From positions 212,584-276,583 of the forward strand of contig JACROE010000002.1 in NCBI GenBank assembly GCA_016214565.1: a stretch of 64,000 bases of DNA, given 5' to 3'. The notes below the pieces were generated by a model that saw only the letters and a list, made by a program, of their open reading frames with translations, made no database searches and had not been told where the DNA came from. Of the stretch, positions 1 to 9,091 are shown piece after piece. Numbering within the stretch: the stretch's first letter is position 1; every line of letters starts with the position of its first letter. The position numbers and the translations under genes were made by a program. The stretch is from Candidatus Kerfeldbacteria bacterium. GTDB lineage: Bacteria > Patescibacteriota > Patescibacteriia > UBA10025 > JAHIVO01.

Positions 1-1150
1 CTGCATGCGTTGCTGATGCGAGCGCGCCCAGGGCTGCGCCGATCAGGATTCCTCGCCGGTGTTCATCAGTCTCGCGTCGAATCACTACTATGATGCGCCT
101 GCCTACTAATATGATAAAAGCAACGAGGGCCGCTCCTCCAAAAACGCCCAGCTCAGCAAATGCCTGCATATAATAATTGTGCGCATAACGCGGTTGCTCA
201 TTGACCGTCTCAGCATACCGAGCATACATATCTTGATATGTATTCAAACCGGTCCCAATAATAGGGTGGTCAATTGCCATGTGAATCGCGCTGACCAAAA
301 AATTCCAACGCTGGCTGAAACTTGATATGAAATCGGAATAGGAAATGGTCTCATAAATTTTAATCGCCCGCCCCAGGTCTTTATGCTGAGCATAGCGAAA
401 ACCAATTAGTCCTCCTACGCCAAGGATGGCACAGAGGAGCATGATCACTACCGTTGTACGACTAAATATTTGTCGATGAAAACGACGCAATAATATGTAG
501 AGTGGAATAATACTACTGACCCAGGCGGTGTATGAATATGTCAGAGCCAGCCCCACGATCATGGTTAGTGCAGATAATCCCCATATTGTTTTGTACAGTT
601 TCCGCTCCGCCTGAATCCACTGTATACACGCCAATGGTATGAGGAGAATGAACACGCCAGATATCGCATTTGCATTAAACAAAAAACCGCTCAAGCGAGG
701 GCTCGATTGATTGAGAAACATTACGAATCCAGCGAGTGCCCCAAGCACGCCAACCCCAATGACTCCCCAATTAAACAGTTCAATATGTCGCCAGGTACGA
801 AAAAAATGTATAGCGGAAAAATAAATAAGTATATAGGCAGCCAGCAAAAACCAGTAGCTCAAACTCCCATACCAATGTACGGAAAAAAATACCCCCGCCA
901 GCCCAATGACGAGCCAACCAATCATATATGTATGCGGATGGCTGACGACTGATCTCCAGCGAGTCGATGCGGTATTAAATCGATGACCTCGGAGAATTAA
1001 AAAGGCAAATAAAAAAGAAAAAATTAGAACAATTGCGTGCACCCATTTGCTCCATTCTGCAGAAAAAAATGAGGTCACCGTGAGCAGTGCCATGAACAAA
1101 ACCATAATGATTCGGTCACGCCCTGATACTGCCGGCATAATATGATTCAT
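1..1150 (-). CDS. Partial CDS (C-terminus runs off window start): polytopic membrane protein, O-antigen ligase / Wzy_C-like (PglL/PilO-type O-oligosaccharyltransferase candidate)
   Basis: Start codon at 1148-1150 (MNHIMPAVSGRDRIIMVLFMALL...). Continuous minus-strand frame to position 1. About 10 predicted hydrophobic helices and a large loop, typical of Wzy_C-family ligases. Not in the ORF track because there is no stop inside the window. Confidence 0.45.
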   Translation of the reverse strand, partial: MNHIMPAVSGRDRIIMVLFMALLTVTSFFSAEWSKWVHAIVLIFSFLFAFLILRGHRFNTASTRWRSVVSHPHTYMIGWLVIGLAGVFFSVHWYGSLSYWFLLAAYILIYFSAIHFFRTWRHIELFNWGVIGVGVLGALAGFVMFLNQSSPRLSGFLFNANAISGVFILLIPLACIQWIQAERKLYKTIWGLSALTMIVGLALTYSYTAWVSSIIPLYILLRRFHRQIFSRTTVVIMLLCAILGVGGLIGFRYAQHKDLGRAIKIYETISYSDFISSFSQRWNFLVSAIHMAIDHPIIGTGLNTYQDMYARYAETVNEQPRYAHNYYMQAFAELGVFGGAALVAFIILVGRRIIVVIRRETDEHRRGILIGAALGALASATHA

Positions 1151-1171
1151 AACGGGAAAACGTTTCACCAT

Positions 1172-2146
1172 TCAGATGCTAAACATACGCTGCCAATCCA
1201 GTATATCACGCTTTGTCAGTGTTCTTCGATGCCCAATCACCAAGCGCTGCCGGAATAAACGAGGCAAGGCAATCAGTGCCGCTACTCCAATCCGGATAAA
1301 TAGCCACGCCCGGACAAGTGTTCCACCGGTGCCGGCAGCCAGCGCCGCACGATCGCGTACCGCCGCCGGCCAAAGCGAGATGGGTAAATTTTTTATGGCA
1401 AAAAATATCCGGTTCCGACCAGAATGGAACAGTCGAAACGTTGAGGCGAGCGTATTCACGGTAGCCGACACCTTATGATAAACCACCGCTGACGGCGCAT
1501 ACACGATCTTCCACCCGCGCAAACGAGCGCGTACTGACAAATCGGTATCCTCGATATAGGCAAAAAAATGGCGATCAAAATAATCTCCATCCAGGCAAAT
1601 ATCCTCAAGCATTTCCCTTCGATACAGTGCGGCGCCGCCACGCGCAATGAAGCATTCGTTTTCCTCTGCATATTGACCCCTATCTTTCTCGCCTGCGCCA
1701 CGTGTAACTACCTTGAAGGCATGGGGCAATAAATAATCCCCCGCTGAATCAAAGACGTCTCGCTGAAAAAAATTCATCATCCGGCTGGCCACGGCTCCAA
1801 TACGAACATCGCGCTCAATAGCCGTGTGCAATGCCCTGAGCCACCCGGCATCAACTTCGGTATCATTATTCAGCACCGCGATAAAACGAATGGTAGAATC
1901 CTCCAGTACCGCGCGAATGCCAATGTTATTCCCCTCGGCAAACCCTACATTTTTTTTGTTAGCAACTATTGTTACTTCGGGAAATGAATTCCGCACATAC
2001 TCGACTGAACCATCACGTGAACCATTGTCGACAAGAAATATTTTCGCACGGACGGAGTCCTGCCGGCACACTGAAGCAAGACAGGTCTCAAGATGCTGGC
2101 GACCATTCCAATTCAATACGATGACTGCGGTATCAGCCTGCTGCAT
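1172..2146 (-). CDS. Family 2 glycosyltransferase (GT-A fold)
   Basis: N-terminus AVIVLNWNGRQHLETCLASV...LVDNGSRDGS followed by a DxD-type region (NNDTEVD). This is the classic GT2 signature. 324 aa. Confidence 0.8.
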   Translation of the reverse strand: MQQADTAVIVLNWNGRQHLETCLASVCRQDSVRAKIFLVDNGSRDGSVEYVRNSFPEVTIVANKKNVGFAEGNNIGIRAVLEDSTIRFIAVLNNDTEVDAGWLRALHTAIERDVRIGAVASRMMNFFQRDVFDSAGDYLLPHAFKVVTRGAGEKDRGQYAEENECFIARGGAALYRREMLEDICLDGDYFDRHFFAYIEDTDLSVRARLRGWKIVYAPSAVVYHKVSATVNTLASTFRLFHSGRNRIFFAIKNLPISLWPAAVRDRAALAAGTGGTLVRAWLFIRIGVAALIALPRLFRQRLVIGHRRTLTKRDILDWQRMFSI

Positions 2147-2161
2147 ACAGACGAGAAAAAA

Positions 2162-3352
2162 TTATATGATCAATGTATCAATAAAACTATGCTGATACAA
2201 GAGCGGCCAAAGTCGAGGCAGCAGTGCCAAATACCAGCCGAGGCTCAGAACAACAAATAGCCCCACGCTCAGCTTCCCCGTCATCCCATGCTCCGACCAC
2301 AGGTGCCAGCACCAGTAGGCAAGGGCAAGGGCAATTAGTGGCACTAGGGGCAAAAAAACATTCCACGTGCCAGGGATAATAATCCATGGCACTGCCACAA
2401 CAAACAGGCTGCTAACTATAAACACCAGCCCGGCCTCCCGCTTCCGTATCAAACGCACAGCAGAAGCTATCAAAACGCCCAGGCCTGCCCACAAGATAAT
2501 AATATTGCCCGAGTACACTACCTGATATACTCTCTGCCAGGTCACGGGATTATCATAGGCAGCGCCACTCTGGATGGGGAATGATTGAAACCATTGAATA
2601 ATCCCCCCATTAAACCAATCCGCACCGGACCGAAATGCACTATGAAATTCAGCCATGTCACGATGCAGTGTCAATAAATTTGGCAAACCAGGAATAAGCA
2701 GATACAGCGGCATGAAGAGTAGGCAATAGCAGGCAACCGCCACCACCGTCGAGAAACCCATCATTCGTACCCAATGATTCCGTTTGATGAGAGCTGCTCC
2801 CCAGAGCAGCACCAGCAAACCTCCACCAGTCCACTTAATAGCTGCCGTGCAACCAATCATAGCGGCTGCGCCAACTGCCCAGGCAGCCCGCCCCGCCTCA
2901 ATATACCGCCAGATGCAATACAGACTCACCAATATAGCCGTAGCTAAAAAAGTATCAAGCATCGCCAGCCGACCGCTGGCAAACCAATATGTTTCTAATG
3001 AGAGAAAAGTTGCAGCAAGTACCGGCACGATGTACCCGCCAAACATGCGCTTGGCTAAGAGATACACAAAAATAACACCTGTGACACCAGCCACAACAGA
3101 AAAGATTCTCCAGCCGTCAGGATTATCGCCAAATAGTCGTATGCCCAGAGCGATAATATATTTACCAACCGGCGGGTGTTCACTATTAATCAGTACCCCA
3201 TCAAAAAACCCACGTGCTGCAGATACATAGGCGACCTCATCATAGCGAAACCAGTGGTATCTTCCGAGATGTATCGAATACATGACATAATTAAAAATAC
3301 TTATTCCGCCGAGAAAAAAATAATCCCGAATTTGTAGCTGCCGATTAATCAT
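2162..3352 (-). CDS. GT-C glycosyltransferase, ArnT/PMT (GT39)-like polytopic membrane protein
   Basis: 396 aa with many TM helices. The N-terminal loop carries the DE(V) motif typical of GT39/ArnT (RYDEVAYVSAARGF...PPVGKYIIALGIRLFG). Confidence 0.65.
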   Translation of the reverse strand: MINRQLQIRDYFFLGGISIFNYVMYSIHLGRYHWFRYDEVAYVSAARGFFDGVLINSEHPPVGKYIIALGIRLFGDNPDGWRIFSVVAGVTGVIFVYLLAKRMFGGYIVPVLAATFLSLETYWFASGRLAMLDTFLATAILVSLYCIWRYIEAGRAAWAVGAAAMIGCTAAIKWTGGGLLVLLWGAALIKRNHWVRMMGFSTVVAVACYCLLFMPLYLLIPGLPNLLTLHRDMAEFHSAFRSGADWFNGGIIQWFQSFPIQSGAAYDNPVTWQRVYQVVYSGNIIILWAGLGVLIASAVRLIRKREAGLVFIVSSLFVVAVPWIIIPGTWNVFLPLVPLIALALAYWCWHLWSEHGMTGKLSVGLFVVLSLGWYLALLPRLWPLLYQHSFIDTLII

Positions 3353-3390
3353 ACTATGAACCTACCACCTTCTCACTTCCGCAGCAATGG

Positions 3391-3436
3391 TAAAACAAAA
3401 AGCGCTCTGGAATATCCAGAACGCTTCTTGTTTTTA
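3391..3436. terminator. Bidirectional rho-independent terminator-like hairpin just downstream of the pilin gene
   Basis: Stem 3401-3411/3415-3425 (agcgctctgga/tccagaacgct, one mismatch). Flanked by an A-run on the plus strand (3391-3400) and a T-run (3426-3435). Confidence 0.5.
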
Positions 3437-3449
3437 ATATCCGAAGATA

Positions 3450-3902
3450 CTAGTCAGCAGTGATACCACAGCCAATAGCACCAGTCGTGTAATCATCATC
3501 ATTCGTACCATCACCTTTCAACCAGTAATAATGTCCTGTGGCAGCTGGAGACTCCAACTGTGCATACAGGATATAGAACGGCGCGGTGAGACCACCGTTA
3601 CATGCTTGGTAGCGGTAGTGCCGAGTCGTATCCTGAGGATCATCCGGAACTCGAGTAATGTAGGTCGGCGCTAATGCGCTCAAAGCTACGTTAGCAATAC
3701 CACTCGTTGCCGGGTAGGTGCTGCCGTAATCGTCTGAGTACAGTACTAAACCAGTACGAATCTGACCAAGGTCAGATTTACGTGTGGCGTCACGGGCTTT
3801 TTCCCGGGCGCCATTTAAGGCTACCAAACCGATCGTTGCCAAAATACCGATGATGGCAATAACGACCAATAACTCAATAAGGGTAAAACCTTTTCGTTTC
3901 AT
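3450..3902 (-). CDS. pilA: Type IV major pilin (prepilin with class III signal peptide)
   Basis: MKRKG/FTLIELLVVIAIIGILATI shows the canonical prepilin cleavage/methylation motif with Glu at +5. C-terminal Cys pair (QACNGG...IGCGITAD) fits a disulfide D-region. Strong SD (GGGGGTG) 8 nt upstream. 150 aa. Confidence 0.9.
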   Translation of the reverse strand: MKRKGFTLIELLVVIAIIGILATIGLVALNGAREKARDATRKSDLGQIRTGLVLYSDDYGSTYPATSGIANVALSALAPTYITRVPDDPQDTTRHYRYQACNGGLTAPFYILYAQLESPAATGHYYWLKGDGTNDDDYTTGAIGCGITAD

Positions 3903-4192
3903 GTCTTCACCCCCTTTCTATATAGTGGCAAAGACATGCAATATGCTTCCGCGTTCTGCGAAATATCACAGATCACGGATCCGCCTGACCCGTGCTCTTC
4001 ACAGAGCAACGAAAGCGGATACCACATGTCTAGGAAACCACTTGGGATACTATTAGTTTCTTAGATTGAAACTGATAATTGAATGTGCCGTACGACAAGC
4101 TGATGCAAATCCTGTGTATAGAATAAATCAATAATATCACATTTCGTACGTATTGTCAACTAAAACTACGTAAAAAGCCAGCGTCTATTAGC

Positions 4193-5398
4193 TTAAATAG
4201 TACTGGACAGGTTATACAGTGGCAGAATAATGGCAGAAACCAAGAAACCGACGGCCACACCGATAGCAATCATAATAATTGGCTCGATTGCCGTTGTTAA
4301 ATTCCCCAGAGAATTCTCCAATTCCCGCTGATAAAAGTCAGCGATTTTCTCCAAAATTTTATCCAATTGACCCGACTGCTCACCCACGCTCATCATTTGC
4401 GACAACATCAACGGCACGTCCTTATTCTGGACAAAAACGGTCGTGATTGAAGCGCCGCCTTCAACCTTTTTAATGGTTTCCCGAGTTAAATCATGATACA
4501 GGGTATTCCCCACTACATCAGCTACGATATCCAAAGATTTGGTTAAGGGTACGCCTGAGGTCAGCAGCGTCGACAATGACCGAGCAAATCGCGTCAAATA
4601 CAATCGGCTAAACAGCGCCCCAACCAAAGGTAGCCGAATTTTTACTTTATCAATTACCCGTTTGCCTGCTGGAGTTTTATTATACCAACGGAATAAAATG
4701 ACTGCGCCGATCGCCAATAAAATAATAAGCCACCAAAATCCACGCAAAAAATCACTGATACCAATGAAGATGATAGTGGTCAGCGGCAAATCAACATCCG
4801 CTCCTTCAAAAATTGAAGTGATCTGCGGCAGCACAAAAATCATCATCATCGCTCCGACTAAAATAAGAGCGCTCACAATAAACGAAGGGTAAATCAATGC
4901 GCCGCGCGTTTTTGCTTTCAGGTCATAATCTTTTTCTTGTTGATCGGCCAAATAAACAAGAATTTCATCCAGTCGCCCAGTCGTTTCCGCTGAACGCACC
5001 ATCTGAATAAAGAAGTTTGAAAACACGCGAGGATATTTCCCCAGGGCCTGAGATAATTTAGCGCCACCATCAACTTCGTCAGCGACATCAGACAGCACTG
5101 ATTTTAGCTTGACGCTGTTTGTTTGTGCCACCATAACTTTCAGCGCGCGCACAATTGGCACGTTTGATGAAATCATCACCGACAACTGCCGAGCAAAAAC
5201 TACGATGTCCTTCGAACTGACCCCCGATCCAAATGACAGTCCTGAAAATAATTGCCGGGATTTCCGCTCCTTCAGCGATACGATAAATAAGCGCTTATCG
5301 CGTAACATGCCATACGCAATATTTTCCGACGGCGCCACTACGACGCCATCTACTGTTTGCCCTTCGATTGTACGCGCTTTATACGCAAATTCCGACAT
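4193..5398 (-). CDS. pilC: Type IV pilus inner-membrane platform protein PilC (GspF family)
   Basis: 401 aa. Two GspF-type repeats with TM segments, in typical PilC arrangement next to pilB. Confidence 0.85.
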   Translation of the reverse strand: MSEFAYKARTIEGQTVDGVVVAPSENIAYGMLRDKRLFIVSLKERKSRQLFSGLSFGSGVSSKDIVVFARQLSVMISSNVPIVRALKVMVAQTNSVKLKSVLSDVADEVDGGAKLSQALGKYPRVFSNFFIQMVRSAETTGRLDEILVYLADQQEKDYDLKAKTRGALIYPSFIVSALILVGAMMMIFVLPQITSIFEGADVDLPLTTIIFIGISDFLRGFWWLIILLAIGAVILFRWYNKTPAGKRVIDKVKIRLPLVGALFSRLYLTRFARSLSTLLTSGVPLTKSLDIVADVVGNTLYHDLTRETIKKVEGGASITTVFVQNKDVPLMLSQMMSVGEQSGQLDKILEKIADFYQRELENSLGNLTTAIEPIIMIAIGVAVGFLVSAIILPLYNLSSTI

Positions 5399-5407
5399 GG
5401 GTAAAAA

Positions 5408-5797
5408 TTATTTTTTCGTTTTGCTAATAATTGATTTCACTTTTTCCACCACTTCCGCTGGCATAAAATGCGCTTTGATCAAATAATCCACCGCACCAAT
5501 TGCCAGGCCTTTCTGCACATCCTCTTGCTGTCCGAGATTGGTCAGCATCAAAACCGGAATATTCTTTGTTTTTGGGTCGCTTTTGAGATTTTTTAGCACG
5601 TCAAACCCGCTCATTTTCGGCAAAATGACATCGAGCAAAATAATGTCCGGCTTGATTGATTGCGCTTGTTCAAGTCCCGCCTCCCCGTCACCTGCCAAAA
5701 CCACTTCAAAATCTTCAAGGTTCATCTTGGTAACGTACATGCCGGCTAAAAATGCATCATCCTCAACCAGTAATATTTTTGTTTTGGAGTTGGCCAT
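5408..5797 (-). CDS. Single-domain response regulator (CheY-like REC only)
   Basis: KILLVEDD...DIILLDVILPKMSGFDVLKNLK...PVLMLTN...K. All REC phospho-acceptor landmarks are present. 129 aa with no output domain. Confidence 0.85.
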   Translation of the reverse strand: MANSKTKILLVEDDAFLAGMYVTKMNLEDFEVVLAGDGEAGLEQAQSIKPDIILLDVILPKMSGFDVLKNLKSDPKTKNIPVLMLTNLGQQEDVQKGLAIGAVDYLIKAHFMPAEVVEKVKSIISKTKK

Positions 5798-5801
5798 ATG
5801 A

Positions 5802-7571
5802 CTATTTTTTAGTTGCGCTTAATACTTCACTAAATGACGTTTTGCGTTCCAGAGCCTTCATAATGCCGTCCTGTGCCATCACGACCATATTTTGGCGGAG
5901 AGCGGTCTCGCGGATAGCGTCAATCGTAGGATTACTCACAATAATATTCTTCATCTCATCATTGACCTCAATAATTTCATTAATCAAAATACGTCCTTTG
6001 TAGCCAGTGTTTTCGCAGCGGACGCAGCCCTTGCCTTCATAAAATTTGAATTCCGGCTTCTCCACGCCGAGATGGCGTTTATAGGCTTCTGGCGGGATGC
6101 CCATCATTTGCTTCTCTACCTCTTTCATTAATTCAGCGGGAAGCGCCACTTCTTCTTGGCAGTACTGACATAACCGACGCACCAAGCGCTGAGCCACCAC
6201 TGTTGAAAGTGAAGCCGTGATCAAGAATGGTTCAATTTTCATATCAATCATGCGGGGAATCGCGCCAAATGAATCATTGGTGTGTAGTGTGGATAAAACT
6301 AAATGTCCCGTCAGCGAAGCGTGCACGGCTAATTCAGCAGTTTCACTATCACGAATTTCACCGACCATGATCACATCCGGATCTTGGCGCAAAATAGAGC
6401 GCAATCCAGCGGCAAAGGTCAGTCCAACATCAGGGTTGATTTGCGACTGATTCACCCCTTCGATGTAATACTCAACCGGATCCTCTAGGGTCACGATATT
6501 AATTGCCTCGTCATTCAATATAGTTAACAACGCTGACAAAGTGGTGGATTTACCCGAACCAGTCGGCCCGGTGAGTAAAATCATACCCACGCTTTTTTCT
6601 GTAGCGCGTTTCATCAAGTCTAATGATCGTCCCTCAAACCCCAATTTTTCTAAATCAAGCACCACCGCCGCACGATCCAAAATACGCATCACGACTTTTT
6701 CATTGGCAAAGAGTGGCAGCGTCGAAACGCGATAATCAATAATACGCCCACCCCACTCCGTACGGAACCGGCCGTCCTGTGGCACCCGCGTTTCATCCAG
6801 CTTCAAATTGCACATAACTTTAATCCGAGCCACGATAGAATTATGAACATACCGCGGTAATACCAACGATGTGTGCAGCACGCCATCAACTCGATACCGC
6901 ACGCGCGTCTCATTTTCCACCGGCTCGATGTGAATATCAGATGCATTGCCTTCGACCGCGTGCTTCAAAATAACATTCACCATCTTAGACACAGGCGCGC
7001 TCTTGACCACCTCCTCCATTCCCTTTTCCTTCGTTAGCGCCTGCTCCAACATATCCTCGTCGCCATCCTTCTGCTCGGTACTTGCGAGCGCCTCTTCGAC
7101 TTCAGCGCCGAGCGTTGCATATTGTTTAAACGCTTGGCGGAAACCTGCATCAGAAATCAAAAAATAATTTAATTTGTACCCATTTTCTCGTGCAATAAAT
7201 TCTATGGCTTCAATCGCCTTGAAGTCTCCCGGATTAACCATGGCGACCGAAACCGTGTTCCCCTCTTTTGCGAAGGCAACCACGTGATAATTCTCGGATA
7301 ATTCGCGAGGGATCAAATTCAAAACTGATTGGGAAATTGTTTTCCCAAATAAATCAATATAGGTAACCCCTAATAATTGCGATCGACCACGCGCCACATC
7401 CTCCTCAGAAACAAATCCGCGCTGGAGCAATTCAGCGATAATCGACTCGTCATCCGTGGCGTGCTCGCGGACACTGGCTAATTTGTCAGCAGGTAACTGT
7501 ACTTGCTGAGTGACAACATCAACAATTGATTGAGCTGGGGATTGAAAATTTTGATTCAATTGATCATCCAT
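5802..7571 (-). CDS. pilB: Type IV pilus assembly ATPase PilB (GspE family)
   Basis: N-terminal T2SSE_N domain. Walker A LLTGPTGSGKSTTL, Asp/His boxes and a tetracysteine motif (CQYC...CVRC). 589 aa. Confidence 0.9.
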   Translation of the reverse strand: MDDQLNQNFQSPAQSIVDVVTQQVQLPADKLASVREHATDDESIIAELLQRGFVSEEDVARGRSQLLGVTYIDLFGKTISQSVLNLIPRELSENYHVVAFAKEGNTVSVAMVNPGDFKAIEAIEFIARENGYKLNYFLISDAGFRQAFKQYATLGAEVEEALASTEQKDGDEDMLEQALTKEKGMEEVVKSAPVSKMVNVILKHAVEGNASDIHIEPVENETRVRYRVDGVLHTSLVLPRYVHNSIVARIKVMCNLKLDETRVPQDGRFRTEWGGRIIDYRVSTLPLFANEKVVMRILDRAAVVLDLEKLGFEGRSLDLMKRATEKSVGMILLTGPTGSGKSTTLSALLTILNDEAINIVTLEDPVEYYIEGVNQSQINPDVGLTFAAGLRSILRQDPDVIMVGEIRDSETAELAVHASLTGHLVLSTLHTNDSFGAIPRMIDMKIEPFLITASLSTVVAQRLVRRLCQYCQEEVALPAELMKEVEKQMMGIPPEAYKRHLGVEKPEFKFYEGKGCVRCENTGYKGRILINEIIEVNDEMKNIIVSNPTIDAIRETALRQNMVVMAQDGIMKALERKTSFSEVLSATKK

Positions 7572-7585
7572 ATTCAGCGGCTCGC

Positions 7586-8503
7586 TTAGAAATTGATTGG
7601 CTCAAAAGGATTAGCGTGATACGGCACGCTCACGAGTTCGCGTGTCGATTCATTTCCCTCAGCATCGACTGCAGTAACCGTGTAATAATACGGCGTATTC
7701 GGCTGGATTGACGTATCGCTAAATGAATATTTGTCGCTATCGGCTCCGCTGCCCCCCTGAGGAGCACCCTCCACTAGTACACTGCCGAGCTGACCGCTTA
7801 TTGCAGAACGATAAATTCGCACTAAGGCAACGTCACTTGGATCTAATAATTGCCAGGTGATGGTCAATGAATCGTCGTTTGAGGTTACCGCCACATTGGT
7901 GGGACTCGCGGGTGGAACTTCATCAGTCGCGATAGCTGCTATATTAGACGAGTACGGTGATGTATCACCTTCAGCATTTGCCATGCGCACTACGTAATAA
8001 TATCGAACAAAATTTTCCACCGTTGTATCTCGGTAATTAAGTTCCGCGGATGCATCGGATGTTTCCAGTGTAGCGATTAATTCTCCCCTATCAGACGTAT
8101 TTTGCGATCGATAAATCTGCGCTGACGTAAAATTAACAAACGCCGGATTTTTCCATGAGATAATAAGCGTATTACCAACGCCGGGATTTTCTATGTGCAC
8201 ATTGGTGGGGGGCAAGGGTACACTCAAATCAAGAGCGACACCGCTGTATTGATCGGCATATCCCTCGTGCGGTTTGCGTGATAAGCCATTTAACTGGGAA
8301 TCAGAAAAAATATCCTCCTCAAACTTCGGCACGCTTACCTGAGGCATGGTACTGACCACTCCCGTCGGTGATACCTGCTGCTGGCTGGGCGCCGCTGCGT
8401 AAAATTGGCTGTAGACGAAATATCCACCACCCAGCACAATCACGAGTAGCGCGATAATGAGATTGACAGTTCGTTTATTGAGGCTGTGTTTCTGAATCAA
8501 CAT
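7586..8503 (-). CDS. Membrane-anchored protein with two fibronectin type III-like domains (in the PilP position of the operon)
   Basis: N-terminal TM (LIIALLVIVLGGGYFVY). Two approx. 90-aa units end in YYYVVRMANAEGDTSPYS and YYYTVTAVDAEGNES, which are FN3 G-strand signatures. Confidence 0.55.
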   Translation of the reverse strand: MLIQKHSLNKRTVNLIIALLVIVLGGGYFVYSQFYAAAPSQQQVSPTGVVSTMPQVSVPKFEEDIFSDSQLNGLSRKPHEGYADQYSGVALDLSVPLPPTNVHIENPGVGNTLIISWKNPAFVNFTSAQIYRSQNTSDRGELIATLETSDASAELNYRDTTVENFVRYYYVVRMANAEGDTSPYSSNIAAIATDEVPPASPTNVAVTSNDDSLTITWQLLDPSDVALVRIYRSAISGQLGSVLVEGAPQGGSGADSDKYSFSDTSIQPNTPYYYTVTAVDAEGNESTRELVSVPYHANPFEPINF

Positions 8504-8509
8504 ATAATA

Positions 8510-9091
8510 TTATTGATAGTACAGCGTAAGGTTGAGCGTATAGTTTGTCTGATCTGGATCGTATGCCAATGAGGTTAATTCAAGCAGCGGCAATTGCGTG
8601 CTCACCGCATCCAAAAAACTTTTCATTTTTGAGTAGCTGGTAACATTTTGCACTCCCAGAGATATGTTAAGTGTCTTAATTGCTGCCTTGGCCGCTTTTT
8701 TGGAGCCGTCCGGTATGCTTAATGGGCCGCTATCAATACTAACTAATGATAATTCATTATCTGCGACGAAATCCTTCAGTTCAATCATAATTTGCGGGAT
8801 TTCTGACTCATGGGGTAGGACTGACTGCAGCTGAGCAATCTGTGCGTGAGTGACCGCCCGATAGCGAGTTTCGAGATCCTCGAGCCGCTCAAGGGTAATC
8901 CGGCGCTGATTAAGCGCTTCGAGCTGTGTATTCAAATCAACCACGCCCGCTTCCTGAATATCGGTCACAATACGCTGGACAAAAAAGAGATAACCCAATC
9001 CCAATATCAGCACCACGCAGCCGATGACGACAAAAATAAAGTACCTGCTAAAAATATAAGCTATTCGACGTTTGAGTAATTTCGATTTCAT
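8510..9091 (-). CDS. pilO: PilO-like pilus assembly protein (TM plus coiled-coil plus ferredoxin-like domain)
   Basis: 193 aa. Single N-terminal TM and a coiled-coil-rich segment. Position between pilN and pilB. Overlaps the pilN stop by 4 nt. Confidence 0.55.
   Translation of the reverse strand: MKSKLLKRRIAYIFSRYFIFVVIGCVVLILGLGYLFFVQRIVTDIQEAGVVDLNTQLEALNQRRITLERLEDLETRYRAVTHAQIAQLQSVLPHESEIPQIMIELKDFVADNELSLVSIDSGPLSIPDGSKKAAKAAIKTLNISLGVQNVTSYSKMKSFLDAVSTQLPLLELTSLAYDPDQTNYTLNLTLYYQ

Noticed and set aside
707-952. 81-aa plus-strand ORF at the window start
   Set aside because: Lies antisense inside the Wzy_C-like membrane protein gene (1-1150, minus). No RBS or features of its own. The minus-strand gene gives a coherent polytopic membrane protein.
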